From: Pseudomonas sp.
GTDB lineage: Bacteria; Pseudomonadota; Gammaproteobacteria; Pseudomonadales; Pseudomonadaceae
Direction: 5' to 3'
Assembly: GCF_048265905.1 (NCBI RefSeq)
Contig: NZ_JBLXAP010000002.1
Location: forward strand, 103,796-127,795
DNA: 24,000 nucleotides
The translations under genes and the position numbers were made by a program. The notes below the pieces were generated by a model. The model saw only the letters and a list, made by a program, of their open reading frames with translations. It had not been told where the DNA came from and made no database searches. Below, one piece after another: positions 1-10,599 of this stretch (the first letter of the stretch is position 1; each line of letters starts with the position of its first letter).

Positions 1-1
1 C

Positions 2-1396
2 GGCGAAATGATCGAGTTCCCGGGTGGCGTCTACGGTATGGCACTGAACCTGGAGCAAGACTCCGTGGGTGCAGTCGTACTGGGTGCATACACCACGCTC
101 GCAGAAGGCATGAGCGCGAAGTGCACCGGCCGTATCCTCGAAGTTCCGGTTGGTCCGGAACTGCTGGGTCGTGTTGTTGACGCATTGGGTAATCCAATCG
201 ACGGTAAAGGCCCGCTGAACAACGTCGCTACCGACGCTGTTGAAAAGGTTGCACCGGGCGTGATCTGGCGTAAGTCGGTTGATCAGCCGGTACAGACTGG
301 CTACAAGTCAGTCGATGCCATGATCCCGGTAGGCCGTGGCCAGCGTGAGCTGATCATTGGTGACCGTCAGATCGGTAAAACTGCCTTGGCAGTTGACGCC
401 ATCATCAATCAGAAAAACAGCGGCATTAAGTGCGTATACGTAGCCATCGGTCAGAAGCAATCGACCATCGCCAACGTTGTGCGCAAGCTGGAAGAGAACG
501 GCGCCCTGGCCAACACCATCGTGGTGGCTGCCTCGGCTTCTGAATCGCCAGCGCTGCAGTACATTTCTGCCTACTCCGGTTGCACCATGGGTGAATACTT
601 CCGTGACCGTGGTGAAGACGCGCTGATCGTTTATGACGATCTGTCCAAGCAAGCAGTGGCTTATCGTCAGATTTCCCTGTTGCTGCGCCGTCCACCAGGC
701 CGTGAAGCTTACCCAGGCGACGTGTTCTATCTCCACAGCCGTCTGCTGGAGCGTGCATCGCGCGTATCCGAAGAGTATGTTGAGAAGTTCACCAATGGTG
801 CTGTGACTGGCAAAACCGGTTCTTTGACCGCTCTGCCAATCATTGAAACCCAGGCTGGCGACGTTTCTGCGTTCGTACCAACCAACGTGATTTCGATCAC
901 TGACGGTCAGATCTTCCTTGAGACCTCGATGTTCAACTCCGGTATCCGTCCAGCGGTCAACGCTGGTATCTCGGTATCCCGTGTTGGTGGTGCGGCTCAA
1001 ACCAAGATCATCAAGAAGCTTTCCGGTGGTATCCGTACCGCTCTGGCTCAGTACCGTGAATTGGCGGCATTCGCCCAGTTCGCATCTGACCTGGACGAGG
1101 CAACTCGTAAGCAACTTGAGCACGGTGAGCGCGTAACTGAGCTGATGAAGCAGAAGCAATATGCACCAATGTCTATCGCAGACATGGCGCTGTCGCTGTA
1201 CGCAGCTGAGCGTGGTTTCCTGCGGGATGTCGAAGTCGCCAAAGTTGGCGCATTCGAGCAAGCCCTGATTGCTTACTTCAACCGTGATCACGCTGACTTG
1301 TTGGCGAAGATTAACGTGAAGGGTGACTTCAACGACGAAATCGACGCTGGCTTCAAAGCCGGTATCGAGAAGTTCAAAGCCACCCAAACCTGGTAA
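2..1396 (+). CDS. atpA: F0F1 ATP synthase subunit alpha (5' end lies outside the window)
   Basis: Frame 2 is open from the first base ([28 protein letters not shown]...), so the ORF-track Met at 8 is internal. It has the Walker A motif GDRQIGKT and the conserved alpha-subunit C-terminal region. It is followed by gamma, beta and epsilon in canonical order. Confidence 0.97.
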   Translation, partial: GEMIEFPGGVYGMALNLEQDSVGAVVLGAYTTLAEGMSAKCTGRILEVPVGPELLGRVVDALGNPIDGKGPLNNVATDAVEKVAPGVIWRKSVDQPVQTGYKSVDAMIPVGRGQRELIIGDRQIGKTALAVDAIINQKNSGIKCVYVAIGQKQSTIANVVRKLEENGALANTIVVAASASESPALQYISAYSGCTMGEYFRDRGEDALIVYDDLSKQAVAYRQISLLLRRPPGREAYPGDVFYLHSRLLERASRVSEEYVEKFTNGAVTGKTGSLTALPIIETQAGDVSAFVPTNVISITDGQIFLETSMFNSGIRPAVNAGISVSRVGGAAQTKIIKKLSGGIRTALAQYRELAAFAQFASDLDEATRKQLEHGERVTELMKQKQYAPMSIADMALSLYAAERGFLRDVEVAKVGAFEQALIAYFNRDHADLLAKINVKGDFNDEIDAGFKAGIEKFKATQTW

Positions 1397-1401
1397 GCCG
1401 C

Positions 1402-1425
1402 AGCGAGGGCTTTACGGCCCTCGCT
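1402..1425 (+). other. GC-rich stem-loop in the atpA-atpG spacer (9-bp stem AGCGAGGGC/GCCCTCGCT, 6-nt loop), with no T-run
   Basis: The inverted repeat was read directly. No U-tract follows, so it is more likely an intra-operon mRNA structure than a terminator. Confidence 0.4.
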
Positions 1426-1446
1426 TGCTAACCTGATAGGTGTCAA

Positions 1447-2307
1447 ATGGCAGGCGCAAAAGAGATTCGCAGCAAGATTGCGAGCATCAAAAGCACGCAG
1501 AAGATCACCAGCGCCATGGAGAAGGTGGCGGTAAGCAAAATGCGCAGAGCACAAATGCGCATGGCGTCTAGCCGTCCCTACGCGGAGCGTATCCGCCAGG
1601 TAATTGGTCATCTGGCCAACGCCAACCCGGAATACCGCCACCCGTTCATGATCGAGCGCGAAACAAAGCGTGTAGGTTATGTAGTGGTAAGCAGTGACCG
1701 TGGTCTGTGTGGTGGTCTGAACACCAACCTGTTCAAGGCTCTGGTCAAAGACATGGCGAGCAATCGCGAGCAAGGCGTGGAGATTGATCTCTGCGTGATT
1801 GGTAGCAAAGGTGCGGCGTTTTTCCGTAACTTTGGTGGCAATGTTGTTGCTGCGATCAGCCACCTGGGCGAAGAACCATCGATCAATGATCTGATTGGTA
1901 GCGTCAAGGTAATGCTCGATGCGTACCTCGAAGGTCGTATCGATCGTTTGTCCGTGGTCTCGAACAAGTTCATCAACACCATGACGCAACAGCCGACAGT
2001 GGAGCAGTTGATTCCATTGGTGGCGACTCCGGATCAAGAGCTCAAGCATCACTGGGACTACCTGTACGAACCCGACGCCAAAGAGCTTCTCGAAGGCTTG
2101 ATGGTGCGTTACGTGGAGTCGCAGGTGTACCAGGCAGTGGTTGAGAACAACGCAGCTGAACAGGCTGCACGGATGATTGCAATGAAGAACGCCACCGACA
2201 ACGCCGGTGATTTGATTGGTGATCTACAGCTGATCTATAACAAGGCGCGTCAGGCAGCAATTACCCAAGAGATTTCGGAAATCGTCGGCGGCGCTGCCGC
2301 GGTTTAA
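1447..2307 (+). CDS. atpG: F0F1 ATP synthase subunit gamma
   Basis: A 286-aa ORF between the alpha and beta subunits. Both termini are conserved gamma-type sequences ([28 protein letters not shown]... and ...[20 protein letters not shown]). Confidence 0.95.
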   Translation: MAGAKEIRSKIASIKSTQKITSAMEKVAVSKMRRAQMRMASSRPYAERIRQVIGHLANANPEYRHPFMIERETKRVGYVVVSSDRGLCGGLNTNLFKALVKDMASNREQGVEIDLCVIGSKGAAFFRNFGGNVVAAISHLGEEPSINDLIGSVKVMLDAYLEGRIDRLSVVSNKFINTMTQQPTVEQLIPLVATPDQELKHHWDYLYEPDAKELLEGLMVRYVESQVYQAVVENNAAEQAARMIAMKNATDNAGDLIGDLQLIYNKARQAAITQEISEIVGGAAAV

Positions 2308-3714
<1,407 letters not shown>

Positions 3715-3721
3715 TCACCCT

Positions 3722-3743
3722 ATGCGCCTGGCAACGGGCGCAT
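3722..3743 (+). other. Short stem-loop immediately after the atpD stop (ATGCGCC ... GGCGCAT)
   Basis: A 7-bp inverted repeat read directly. It sits next to the larger palindrome at 3744-3774. Confidence 0.35.
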
Positions 3744-3774
3744 CAGGTTGTGGATAAGACTTATCCACAACCTG
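3744..3774. repeat. 31-bp perfect palindrome CAGGTTGTGGATAAG-A-CTTATCCACAACCTG carrying two inverted perfect DnaA-box 9-mers (TGTGGATAA 3749-3757, TTATCCACA 3761-3769)
   Basis: Read directly; the 15-bp arms are exact reverse complements. It lies in the 77-nt atpD-atpC spacer and has no T-run after it. Confidence 0.9.
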
Positions 3775-3791
3775 TAATGTGAGGCAAGGTT

Positions 3792-4217
3792 ATGGCTATG
3801 ACAGTCCATTGCGATATCGTCAGCGCAGAAGCGGAGATGTTTTCCGGACTGGTCGAGATGGTAATTGCGCACGGTAACTTGGGTGATATCGGTATCACTC
3901 CAGGCCACGCGCCGTTGCTGACTGACCTGAAGCCGGGTCCAATCCGTTTGATCAAGCAAGGCGGCGAAACCGAGGTGTTCTACATCTCAGGTGGCTTCCT
4001 TGAAGTGCAGCCAAACATGGTGAAGGTTTTGGCCGACACCGTGCAGCGCGCTGCCGATCTTGACGAAGCGTCTGCTCAGGAAGCCGTCAAGGCTGCTGAG
4101 AAAGCGTTAAACGAGCAAGGCGCCGAGTTCGATTACGGCTCTGCTGCTGCTCGTCTGGCCGAGGCTGCAGCTCAGCTGCGCACCGTCCAGCAATTGCGTA
4201 AGAAGTTCGGCGGCTAA
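3792..4217 (+). CDS. atpC: F0F1 ATP synthase subunit epsilon
   Basis: A 141-aa ORF with GAGG 7 nt upstream. It has the typical epsilon N-terminus ([19 protein letters not shown]) and is the last gene of the atp operon. Confidence 0.95.
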   Translation: MAMTVHCDIVSAEAEMFSGLVEMVIAHGNLGDIGITPGHAPLLTDLKPGPIRLIKQGGETEVFYISGGFLEVQPNMVKVLADTVQRAADLDEASAQEAVKAAEKALNEQGAEFDYGSAAARLAEAAAQLRTVQQLRKKFGG

Positions 4218-4248
4218 TCGCAGCAGTCAGACTTTTTTGCATCTAAGT

Positions 4249-4279
4249 AAAAGGGTAGCCTAGGCTACCCTTTTTCTTT
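4249..4279 (+). terminator. Rho-independent terminator of the atp operon (AAAAGGGTAGCCTAGGCTACCCTTTTTCTTT)
   Basis: A perfect GC-rich dyad GGGTAGCC/GGCTACCC is flanked by an A-run upstream and a T-run downstream, 32 nt after the atpC stop. Confidence 0.85.
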
Positions 4280-4350
4280 GCTGCGCCAAAAAGCTGCGCA
4301 ATGCAGTGTATGGAAAGGAATTCCGTCTTTAACCAATGGTAGCTTTCGTT

Positions 4351-5709
4351 ATGTCACTTGATATCGTCATTCTTGCAGCAGGTCAGGGCACACGCATGCG
4401 TTCCGCGTTGCCCAAGGTGCTGCACCCGGTTGCTGGCAAGTCGATGCTCGGTCATGTCATCGACATCGCCCGTGAGCTCAAGCCACAAGGTATTCATGTA
4501 GTGATTGGCCATGGCGCCGATGCCGTGCGCGAGCGCCTTGCTGCAGATGATCTGAATTTCGTGATGCAGACCGAGCAGCTCGGTACGGGGCACGCGGTTG
4601 CCCAAGCCTTGCCTGCACTGAGCAGCGACCGGGTGTTGATTCTATATGGCGATGTCCCACTGATCGAAAAGACCACGCTTGAGCGCCTGCTGGAGCAGGT
4701 CAACGACCAGCAACTCGGCTTGCTGACTGTCACCTTGGATGACCCGACCGGCTATGGCCGTATCGTGCGTAATGCCTCAGGCCAGGTAGAAGCCATTGTC
4801 GAGCATAAAGATGCCAGCGCAGCGCAGCGCCTGATCAACGAAGGCAACACCGGTATTCTTGCGGTGCCAGCGACCAAGCTGGGTGACTGGCTGGGGCGTC
4901 TGTCGAACAGCAACGCCCAAGGCGAATATTACCTGACTGACGTCATCGCCATGGCTGTAGCGGACGGTCTGGTAGTTGCGACGGAGCAGCCGTTGGACGC
5001 GATGGAAGTACAGGGCGCTAACGATCGTCGTCAACTTGCCGAGCTTGAGCGTCACTACCAACTGCGTGCGGCGCGTGCGTTGATGGCGCAAGGCGTGACC
5101 CTGCGTGACCCGGCTCGTTTTGATCAGCGCGGTGAAGTCACTGTTGGTCGTGATGTGATGATCGACATCAACGTCATCCTCGAAGGCAAAGTAGTGATTG
5201 AGGATAACGTCGAGATCGGCGCCAATTGCATCATCAAGAACAGCACCCTGCGCAAAGGCGCGATCGTCAAAGCCAACAGCCATCTTGAAGGCGCTGAAGT
5301 GGGTGAGGGCGCCGATTGCGGCCCATTCGCACGTTTGCGTCCAGGCGCGGTGCTGGGTGCCAAGGCGCATGTGGGTAACTTTGTAGAGCTGAAGAACGCT
5401 GTACTCGGTGAAGGCGCTAAAGCCGGCCACTTGAGCTACCTAGGCGACGCTGAAATCGGCGCACGAACCAACATTGGCGCCGGCACCATCACCTGCAACT
5501 ATGACGGCGTAAACAAGCACCGCACTGTCATGGGTGAAGATGTGTTTGTCGGCTCGAATACTTCATTGGTTGCGCCAGTGAACTTGGGTGATAGAGCGAC
5601 CACGGGCGCAGGCTCGGTGATTACTAGCGATGTACCTGTGGATAACTTGGCTGTAGGACGTGGCAAGCAACGTAATATCGAAGGCTGGAAGCGCCCTACC
5701 AAGAAATAA
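4351..5709 (+). CDS. glmU: Bifunctional UDP-N-acetylglucosamine pyrophosphorylase / glucosamine-1-phosphate N-acetyltransferase
   Basis: It has the N-terminal [18 protein letters not shown] signature and C-terminal hexapeptide (left-handed beta-helix) repeats such as [24 protein letters not shown] and [13 protein letters not shown] placed the start at ATG 4351 ([11 protein letters not shown]...) rather than the ORF-track ATG at 4336, because GlmU N-termini normally begin this way. The start is uncertain by 5 codons. Confidence 0.93.
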   Translation: MSLDIVILAAGQGTRMRSALPKVLHPVAGKSMLGHVIDIARELKPQGIHVVIGHGADAVRERLAADDLNFVMQTEQLGTGHAVAQALPALSSDRVLILYGDVPLIEKTTLERLLEQVNDQQLGLLTVTLDDPTGYGRIVRNASGQVEAIVEHKDASAAQRLINEGNTGILAVPATKLGDWLGRLSNSNAQGEYYLTDVIAMAVADGLVVATEQPLDAMEVQGANDRRQLAELERHYQLRAARALMAQGVTLRDPARFDQRGEVTVGRDVMIDINVILEGKVVIEDNVEIGANCIIKNSTLRKGAIVKANSHLEGAEVGEGADCGPFARLRPGAVLGAKAHVGNFVELKNAVLGEGAKAGHLSYLGDAEIGARTNIGAGTITCNYDGVNKHRTVMGEDVFVGSNTSLVAPVNLGDRATTGAGSVITSDVPVDNLAVGRGKQRNIEGWKRPTKK

Positions 5710-5762
5710 ATCAACGGCTTAAAACGAGCTAACTTTCGTTTGATCTATTGATAACTTCAAAA

Positions 5763-5794
5763 AGGCTGCCATTTGGCGGTCTTTTTGCTGTTTT
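5763..5794 (+). terminator. Probable rho-independent terminator after glmU
   Basis: An 8-bp stem AGGCTGCC/GGCGGTCT (two G-U wobble pairs) with loop ATTT, followed by TTTTTGCTGTTTT. Confidence 0.5.
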
Positions 5795-5828
5795 GCTTGA
5801 CCTAAAAGCTTCATTAGGTTTTGATTCA

Positions 5829-5851
5829 CGAAATTATCTTTCGAATCGAAA
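5829..5851. promoter_or_regulatory. Overlapping palindromes CGAAA-TTATC-TTTCG and TTTCGA-A-TCGAAA; candidate DeoR/GlmR operator over the glmR translation-initiation region
   Basis: Read directly. Three CGAAA/TTTCG half-sites end 9 nt before the glmR ATG, and no clear Shine-Dalgarno sequence is present there. The function is inferred only. Confidence 0.3.
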
Positions 5852-5859
5852 CTTATAGC

Positions 5860-6630
5860 ATGTCGAAACGCAACACCCCGCAACGTCGCCACTCAATACT
5901 TGCCTTGCTCACCGAGCAGGGCGAAGTCAGTGTGGATGAGTTGGCGAAACGCTTTTTGACCTCTGAAGTCACCATCCGCAAGGACCTGGCCGCGCTTGAG
6001 AAAAACGGCCTGTTGTTGCGCCGTTATGGCGGCGCGGTGCAGTTGCCGCAAGAGCTGATGGTCGACGTCAGCCAGCCGGTATCGAGCTACAAATTAGCCA
6101 TTGCCCGCGCGGGAGTGAGCTGTATCCGTGAACATGCGCGAATCATCATCGACAGTGGCACCACTACTGCCGCGATGATCCCTGAACTGGGGCGCAAGCC
6201 CGGTCTGGTGGTGATGACCAACTCGCTCAACGTTGCCAATGCCTTGCGCGAGTTGGAAGACGAACCTGTGTTGTTGATGACTGGCGGTACATGGGACCCT
6301 CACTCAGAGTCTTTCCAAGGGCAGGTTGCCGAACAGGTGCTGCGTTCATACGATTTCGACCAGCTGTTTATCGGCGCAGACGGCATCGATTTGACACGCG
6401 GTACAACAACATTCAATGAATTGCTGGGCTTGAGCCAAGTCATGGCTGAAGTTGCCCGTGAAGTGATTGTGATGGTGGAGAGCGACAAGATCGGTCGCAA
6501 GATTCCCAACCTCGAATTGCCTTGGGCACGTGTACATACCCTGATTACTGATGAGCGTCTGGACCAAGACGCTCGAACCCAATTGCAGGCGCGTGGGATC
6601 AAATTGATCTGCGCGAGCTTAGAGTCGTAA
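5860..6630 (+). CDS. glmR: DeoR-family transcriptional regulator (GlmR-type, between glmU and glmS)
   Basis: It has an N-terminal wHTH ([39 protein letters not shown]) and a C-terminal DeoR sensor domain (IIIDSGTTT..., FIGADGID...). The position matches Pseudomonas glmR. I placed the start at ATG 5860 ([10 protein letters not shown]) rather than the upstream TTG of the ORF track. Confidence 0.85.
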   Translation: MSKRNTPQRRHSILALLTEQGEVSVDELAKRFLTSEVTIRKDLAALEKNGLLLRRYGGAVQLPQELMVDVSQPVSSYKLAIARAGVSCIREHARIIIDSGTTTAAMIPELGRKPGLVVMTNSLNVANALRELEDEPVLLMTGGTWDPHSESFQGQVAEQVLRSYDFDQLFIGADGIDLTRGTTTFNELLGLSQVMAEVAREVIVMVESDKIGRKIPNLELPWARVHTLITDERLDQDARTQLQARGIKLICASLES

Positions 6631-6640
6631 GGAGCCAATT

Positions 6641-8491
6641 ATGTGTGGAATTGTCGGAGCAGTAGCAGAGCGTAATATCACCGCTGTGCTGGTTGAGGGC
6701 CTCAAGCGCCTCGAATACCGTGGATACGACAGCGCCGGTGTTGCGTTGTTGAATGAGGCGGCCGAGTTGGATCGTCGTCGCCGTGTTGGCAAGGTCAGCG
6801 AACTCGAAGCCGCACTCAAGGCTGAGCCATTGCCAGGCCGCGTTGGCATCGCGCACACCCGTTGGGCGACGCACGGTGCGCCGAGTGAGCGCAATGCACA
6901 CCCACATTTCTCCGGGCATCAATTGGCGGTTGTGCACAACGGCATCATTGAAAACCACGATGCCCTGCGTGATCAACTCAAAGGCTTGGGCTACAGCTTC
7001 AGTTCCGACACTGACACCGAAGTGATAGTGCACCTGCTCGATCACACCCTGAAGACCGAAGCAGACCTTAGCGCTGCACTCAAAGTGGCGGTCAAGCAGT
7101 TGCATGGCGCTTATGGTTTGGCGGTTATCAGTGCCAAGCAGCCCGACCGCATTGTCGCAGCCCGCAGCGGCAGCCCGCTGGTGATCGGCTTGGGTATTGG
7201 CGAAAACTTCCTTGCATCCGACCAACTGGCCCTGCGTCAGGTGACTGACCGTTTCATGTACCTGGAAGAAGGCGATATCGCGCAGATTTGCCGTGATGAG
7301 GTGCAGATCTGGGATGTAGACGGCAAGCCGGTAAAACGTGAGCAGGTGCAATACCACGAAGGTGCAGAGGCTGCAGACAAGGGTGAATATCGCCACTTTA
7401 TGCTCAAGGAAATCCACGAGCAGCCAGCTGTAGTTCAGCGCACTCTGGAAGGACGTCTGGCCGATGATCACGTTCTGGTGCAGGCTTTTGGCCCACAAGC
7501 AGCGGATATATTCGCCAAGGTTAAAAACATTCAGATCGTCGCCTGCGGTACCAGCTATCACGCCGGTATGGTTGCGCGTTACTGGCTCGAAGAGTTGGCC
7601 GGTATTCCGTGCCAGATCGAAGTGGCCAGCGAGTTCCGTTATCGCAAGGTGGTGGTCCAGCCCGACACCTTGTTTGTCAGCATCTCGCAGTCTGGTGAAA
7701 CCGCCGACACCTTGGCGGCGCTGCGCAACGCCAAAGACCTCACGCCAGAGCAAGGCGGTTACTTGGCTAGCTTGGCAATTTGTAATGTAGGTATCAGCTC
7801 GCTGGTTCGCGAGTCCGACCTGACGTTGCTGACGCTGGCAGGCCCGGAAATTGGTGTTGCTTCAACCAAGGCATTCACAACGCAACTGGTTGCGCTGATG
7901 TTGCTGACGCTGGCTATGGGCCGCGTGCGTGGCACGCTTGATCCACAGCTTGAGGCTGAGTTGGTCGCGGAACTGCGCCGCCTGCCAACCCGCTTGGGTG
8001 AAGCATTGGCGATGGACGATGTGGTTGAAAAGATTTCCGAGCACTTTGCCGAGAAGCACCACACTCTGTTTCTGGGCCGAGGTGCGCAGTATCCGGTGGC
8101 GATGGAAGGCGCTTTGAAGCTCAAAGAGATTTCCTACATCCATGCTGAAGCCTACCCGGCAGGCGAGCTCAAGCACGGCCCATTGGCCTTGGTTGATGCG
8201 GATATGCCAGTCGTTACCGTTGCCCCCAATAACGAGTTGTTGGAGAAGCTTAAATCCAACCTGCAGGAAGTCCGTGCACGTGGCGGTGAGCTGATTGTGT
8301 TTGCCGATGAAAAAGCCGGCATGAGCAATGGCGAAGGCACTCACGTGGTCAACATGCCGCACATCCACGATGCGCTCGCCCCGATTCTCTACACCATCCC
8401 GCTGCAATTGCTGTCGTACTACGTCGCCGTGCTCAAGGGCACAGATGTCGACCAGCCTCGCAACCTGGCCAAGTCCGTCACTGTGGAGTGA
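6641..8491 (+). CDS. glmS: Glutamine--fructose-6-phosphate aminotransferase (isomerizing)
   Basis: It starts MCGIVG (Ntn catalytic Cys2) with RBS AGGAG upstream. It has two SIS domains ([16 protein letters not shown]) and the conserved C-terminus ...[13 protein letters not shown]. Confidence 0.97.
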   Translation: MCGIVGAVAERNITAVLVEGLKRLEYRGYDSAGVALLNEAAELDRRRRVGKVSELEAALKAEPLPGRVGIAHTRWATHGAPSERNAHPHFSGHQLAVVHNGIIENHDALRDQLKGLGYSFSSDTDTEVIVHLLDHTLKTEADLSAALKVAVKQLHGAYGLAVISAKQPDRIVAARSGSPLVIGLGIGENFLASDQLALRQVTDRFMYLEEGDIAQICRDEVQIWDVDGKPVKREQVQYHEGAEAADKGEYRHFMLKEIHEQPAVVQRTLEGRLADDHVLVQAFGPQAADIFAKVKNIQIVACGTSYHAGMVARYWLEELAGIPCQIEVASEFRYRKVVVQPDTLFVSISQSGETADTLAALRNAKDLTPEQGGYLASLAICNVGISSLVRESDLTLLTLAGPEIGVASTKAFTTQLVALMLLTLAMGRVRGTLDPQLEAELVAELRRLPTRLGEALAMDDVVEKISEHFAEKHHTLFLGRGAQYPVAMEGALKLKEISYIHAEAYPAGELKHGPLALVDADMPVVTVAPNNELLEKLKSNLQEVRARGGELIVFADEKAGMSNGEGTHVVNMPHIHDALAPILYTIPLQLLSYYVAVLKGTDVDQPRNLAKSVTVE

Positions 8492-8505
8492 CGGCTGGGG
8501 ATAGA

Positions 8506-8537
8506 AAAGATGGAAACCTTCCTGATTTTCCATCTTT
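8506..8537 (+). terminator. Stem-loop after glmS (AAAGATGGAAA / TTTCCATCTTT); the predicted attTn7 insertion point, about 25 bp past the stop, falls in its loop
   Basis: An 11-bp perfect inverted repeat starting 15 nt after the glmS stop. The stem is A/T-rich and ends in TTT. The Tn7 insertion position is taken from established TnsD/glmS biology, not from the sequence. Confidence 0.5.
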
Positions 8538-8543
8538 GGTATG

Positions 8544-8577
8544 GGGGATGTGGATAACTTGAGTTGTCCACATCCCC
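8544..8577. repeat. Inverted repeat GGGGATGTGGA-N12-TCCACATCCCC containing a perfect DnaA box (TGTGGATAA 8549-8557) and a one-mismatch box (TTGTCCACA 8564-8572)
   Basis: Read directly. The arms are 11 bp and perfect. Confidence 0.8.
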
Positions 8578-8945
8578 TAAGCGGTTCGTATCCAGTCTGA
8601 GCCTGTAGCTATAAGCCTTTATGTTCTGCCAAGTGCTGTACTTGCGCCCAGAGACCTGCTGGTTTTGGACTACGCTGGCTGAATATCTCGTTTCGTCCAC
8701 ATCCTGACCTCAACCACATCTGCCTGTCGCACCAGCGGTTCGCGCGTAGCGGAACTGCGTCACAAAAAATACAGTTATTTCACTCACTTAACCGCTAAGT
8801 AAGCCTGTTTTGAACGGCTAGTTATTTAGCGTTAGCGCCTTAGTGTGAATTGTTCCAAGTCGCTATCTAAAGTATTGCTAGTGTAACTGTACTCGCGCCT
8901 AAGCCTTTGATTAAAAACGTTAAATATTTGGCGCCAAGGAAAGGT

Positions 8946-10277
8946 ATGCTTAATGATACGGGTGCACCGCGGCGCCTCTTGGTCGTCGATCCATGTGATG
9001 ATTGCCGCTCGCTATTACCAAGTCTTCGTGAGGCAGGCTGGACCGTGGAAGGCTGCCTGCTTGAGCATGCAGAGGAGCGTGAATGCGATGTCGGTTTGAT
9101 CCGGCTCAATGAAATGCACTTGCGTCGCCCTGCCGCAATCAAGCAACTGTTAAGCCGCAGTGGTACTGAGTGGATTGCAGTGCTTAGCCCTGACTTGCTG
9201 TCTTCGGTTAATACCCTTGGTGAGTTTGTGGGCGAGTGGTTTTTTGACTATCACACCTTGCCGTTTGACGTGTCTCGGGTGCATGTGACCTTGGGCCGAG
9301 CCTACGGCATGGCAAGGCTACGTGGACGAAAAAGCGGCATCATTGATGATCATGAAAATGAGCTGCTTGGTCAGAGCGCGCCCATCCGTGATTTACGTAA
9401 ATTGCTGGCTAAACTTGCGCCGACTCATTCTCCGGTATTGATCCGTGGTGAAAGCGGTACGGGTAAAGAGTTAGTCGCAAGAACCTTGCACCGCCGTTCG
9501 AGCCGAGCAGGTAAGCCGTTTATTGCGATCAACTGCGGAGCAATTCCTGAGCACTTAATTCAGTCAGAATTATTTGGTCACGAGAAAGGTGCATTTACCG
9601 GCGCACATCAACGCAAAATCGGCCGGATTGAATCGGCAGACGGCGGCACGCTGTTTCTTGATGAAATTGGCGATTTACCCCTTGAGTTGCAGGCTAACCT
9701 GCTGCGTTTTCTGCAAGAGAAACAAATAGAGCGGGTGGGAGGGAGCCAGCCAATATCGGTTGACGTTAGGGTTCTGGCTGCAACTCACATCGATCTTGAA
9801 GCCGCGATCGATAACGGCAGTTTCCGCGAAGACCTGTATTACCGCCTTAATGTCCTGCAGGTGCATACCGCCGCTTTGCATGAGCGAGCGGCGGATATTC
9901 CGATGTTGGCAAATTACTTCGCCAGTCTATACAGCGCCGAAACTGGTCGGCGGGCCAAGCGCTTTAGTGAAGAAGCATTGAAGCAGTTAGCTGAGCACAA
10001 ATGGCCCGGTAATGTCCGTGAGTTGGCGAATCGAGTGCGGCGAGGTTTGGTGTTGGCAGAGGGGCGTCAGATCGAAGCCAAGGATCTTGGTCTTGAACAA
10101 TGCAGCATTCTTATTGAGCGGCTTGGCACCTTGGAAGACTACAAGCGCAAAGCAGAGATTCAGGCGCTCAGCGATGCAATGGCGAGGTATCCTGAGAACT
10201 GTAGCCAGGCGGCCCGCGGCTTGGGTATCTCACGGCCGACATTTTATCGCTTGCTGCATAAGCACCAGATTCGCTGA
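8946..10277 (+). CDS. Sigma54-dependent transcriptional activator (bacterial EBP) with a degenerate receiver-like N-terminal domain
   Basis: The AAA+ core has Walker A GESGTGKE, an intact GAFTGA loop (HEKGAFTGAH), Walker B LFLDEIGD and the FREDLYYRLNV motif. The C-terminus has a Fis-type HTH (CSQAARGLGISRPTFYRLL). The N-terminal ~125 aa look REC-like (LLVVDPCDD...), but the usual phospho-acceptor position reads DVGLIRLNE. I placed the start at ATG 8946 (AAGGA 5 nt upstream) rather than the TTG at 8907. Confidence 0.9.
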   Translation: MLNDTGAPRRLLVVDPCDDCRSLLPSLREAGWTVEGCLLEHAEERECDVGLIRLNEMHLRRPAAIKQLLSRSGTEWIAVLSPDLLSSVNTLGEFVGEWFFDYHTLPFDVSRVHVTLGRAYGMARLRGRKSGIIDDHENELLGQSAPIRDLRKLLAKLAPTHSPVLIRGESGTGKELVARTLHRRSSRAGKPFIAINCGAIPEHLIQSELFGHEKGAFTGAHQRKIGRIESADGGTLFLDEIGDLPLELQANLLRFLQEKQIERVGGSQPISVDVRVLAATHIDLEAAIDNGSFREDLYYRLNVLQVHTAALHERAADIPMLANYFASLYSAETGRRAKRFSEEALKQLAEHKWPGNVRELANRVRRGLVLAEGRQIEAKDLGLEQCSILIERLGTLEDYKRKAEIQALSDAMARYPENCSQAARGLGISRPTFYRLLHKHQIR

Positions 10278-10289
10278 GGTTGCTTAGGC

Positions 10290-10493
10290 TCAGAGCCTGA
10301 AAAAATAGGGAAGAGCTATAAGTGAGCAACCAATCGCAACCATCAGCAAAGTGCTGCTAATGAAGTACGGAAACAGCATCAGCCCCAATCCGCAAATAAA
10401 AGGCATGGTTCTACTGCGCTTTCGCCCGTAGATAAAAAAGCCCAGCCCGACCGAGCCGAATACTAATCCCCAGAGCATTGCTTGAGTATCCAC
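10290..10493 (-). CDS. Small hydrophobic protein with two predicted TM helices, trailing the fap operon
   Basis: The ORF-track entry is 10290..10541. The sequence ...MLWGLVFGSVGLGFFIYGRKRSRTMPFICGLGLMLFPYFISSTLLMVAIGCSLIALPYFFRL has two hydrophobic stretches separated by a basic loop. The start is uncertain: GTG 10493 has GGCGAGG upstream, and ATG 10478 and GTG 10541 are alternatives. It is on the same strand as fapF and 58 nt downstream of it. Confidence 0.45.
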   Translation of the reverse strand: MDTQAMLWGLVFGSVGLGFFIYGRKRSRTMPFICGLGLMLFPYFISSTLLMVAIGCSLIALPYFFRL

Positions 10494-10543
10494 AACAACC
10501 TCGCCTGAACGGTGCTTGGATTGATTGCATAGTAGGCGCACGA

Positions 10544-10583
10544 AGACCTAACCGAAGCACGCTGCGGTTAGGTCTGTGGATAA
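10544..10583. repeat. Stem-loop AGACCTAACCG-N10-CGGTTAGGTCT abutting a perfect DnaA box (TGTGGATAA 10575-10583) between fapF and the small ORF
   Basis: An 11-bp perfect inverted repeat read directly. There is no U-tract on either strand, so it is probably not an efficient terminator. Confidence 0.7.
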
Positions 10584-10599
10584 GTTAAGCCTTCCAGAG

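Noticed and set aside
6599-8533. Antisense ORFs opposite glmS (6599..7753 and 7862..8533, minus strand) and other short overlapping ORFs
   Set aside because: They sit opposite a conserved essential gene and have no RBS or motif support, so they are shadow ORFs.
8492-8600. Tn7 or CRISPR-associated Tn7-like transposon inserted at attTn7
   Set aside because: There are no tnsA/B/C/D(Q) genes, no arrays of transposase-binding repeats and no cas genes or CRISPR repeats anywhere in the window. Only short ambiguous motifs are present; these are reported separately at low weight.
8419-8700. 93-aa minus-strand ORF spanning the glmS 3' end and the downstream hairpins
   Set aside because: It overlaps the glmS coding end and the terminator/inverted-repeat region. 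It has no RBS, and its sequence has no domain-like features.
10279-10305. Dyad AGGCTCAGAGCCT between the convergent EBP and small-ORF stops, as a bidirectional terminator
   Set aside because: The loop is too small, the adjacent A-run is on the wrong side for the + strand transcript, and most of the dyad lies within the small ORF coding sequence.
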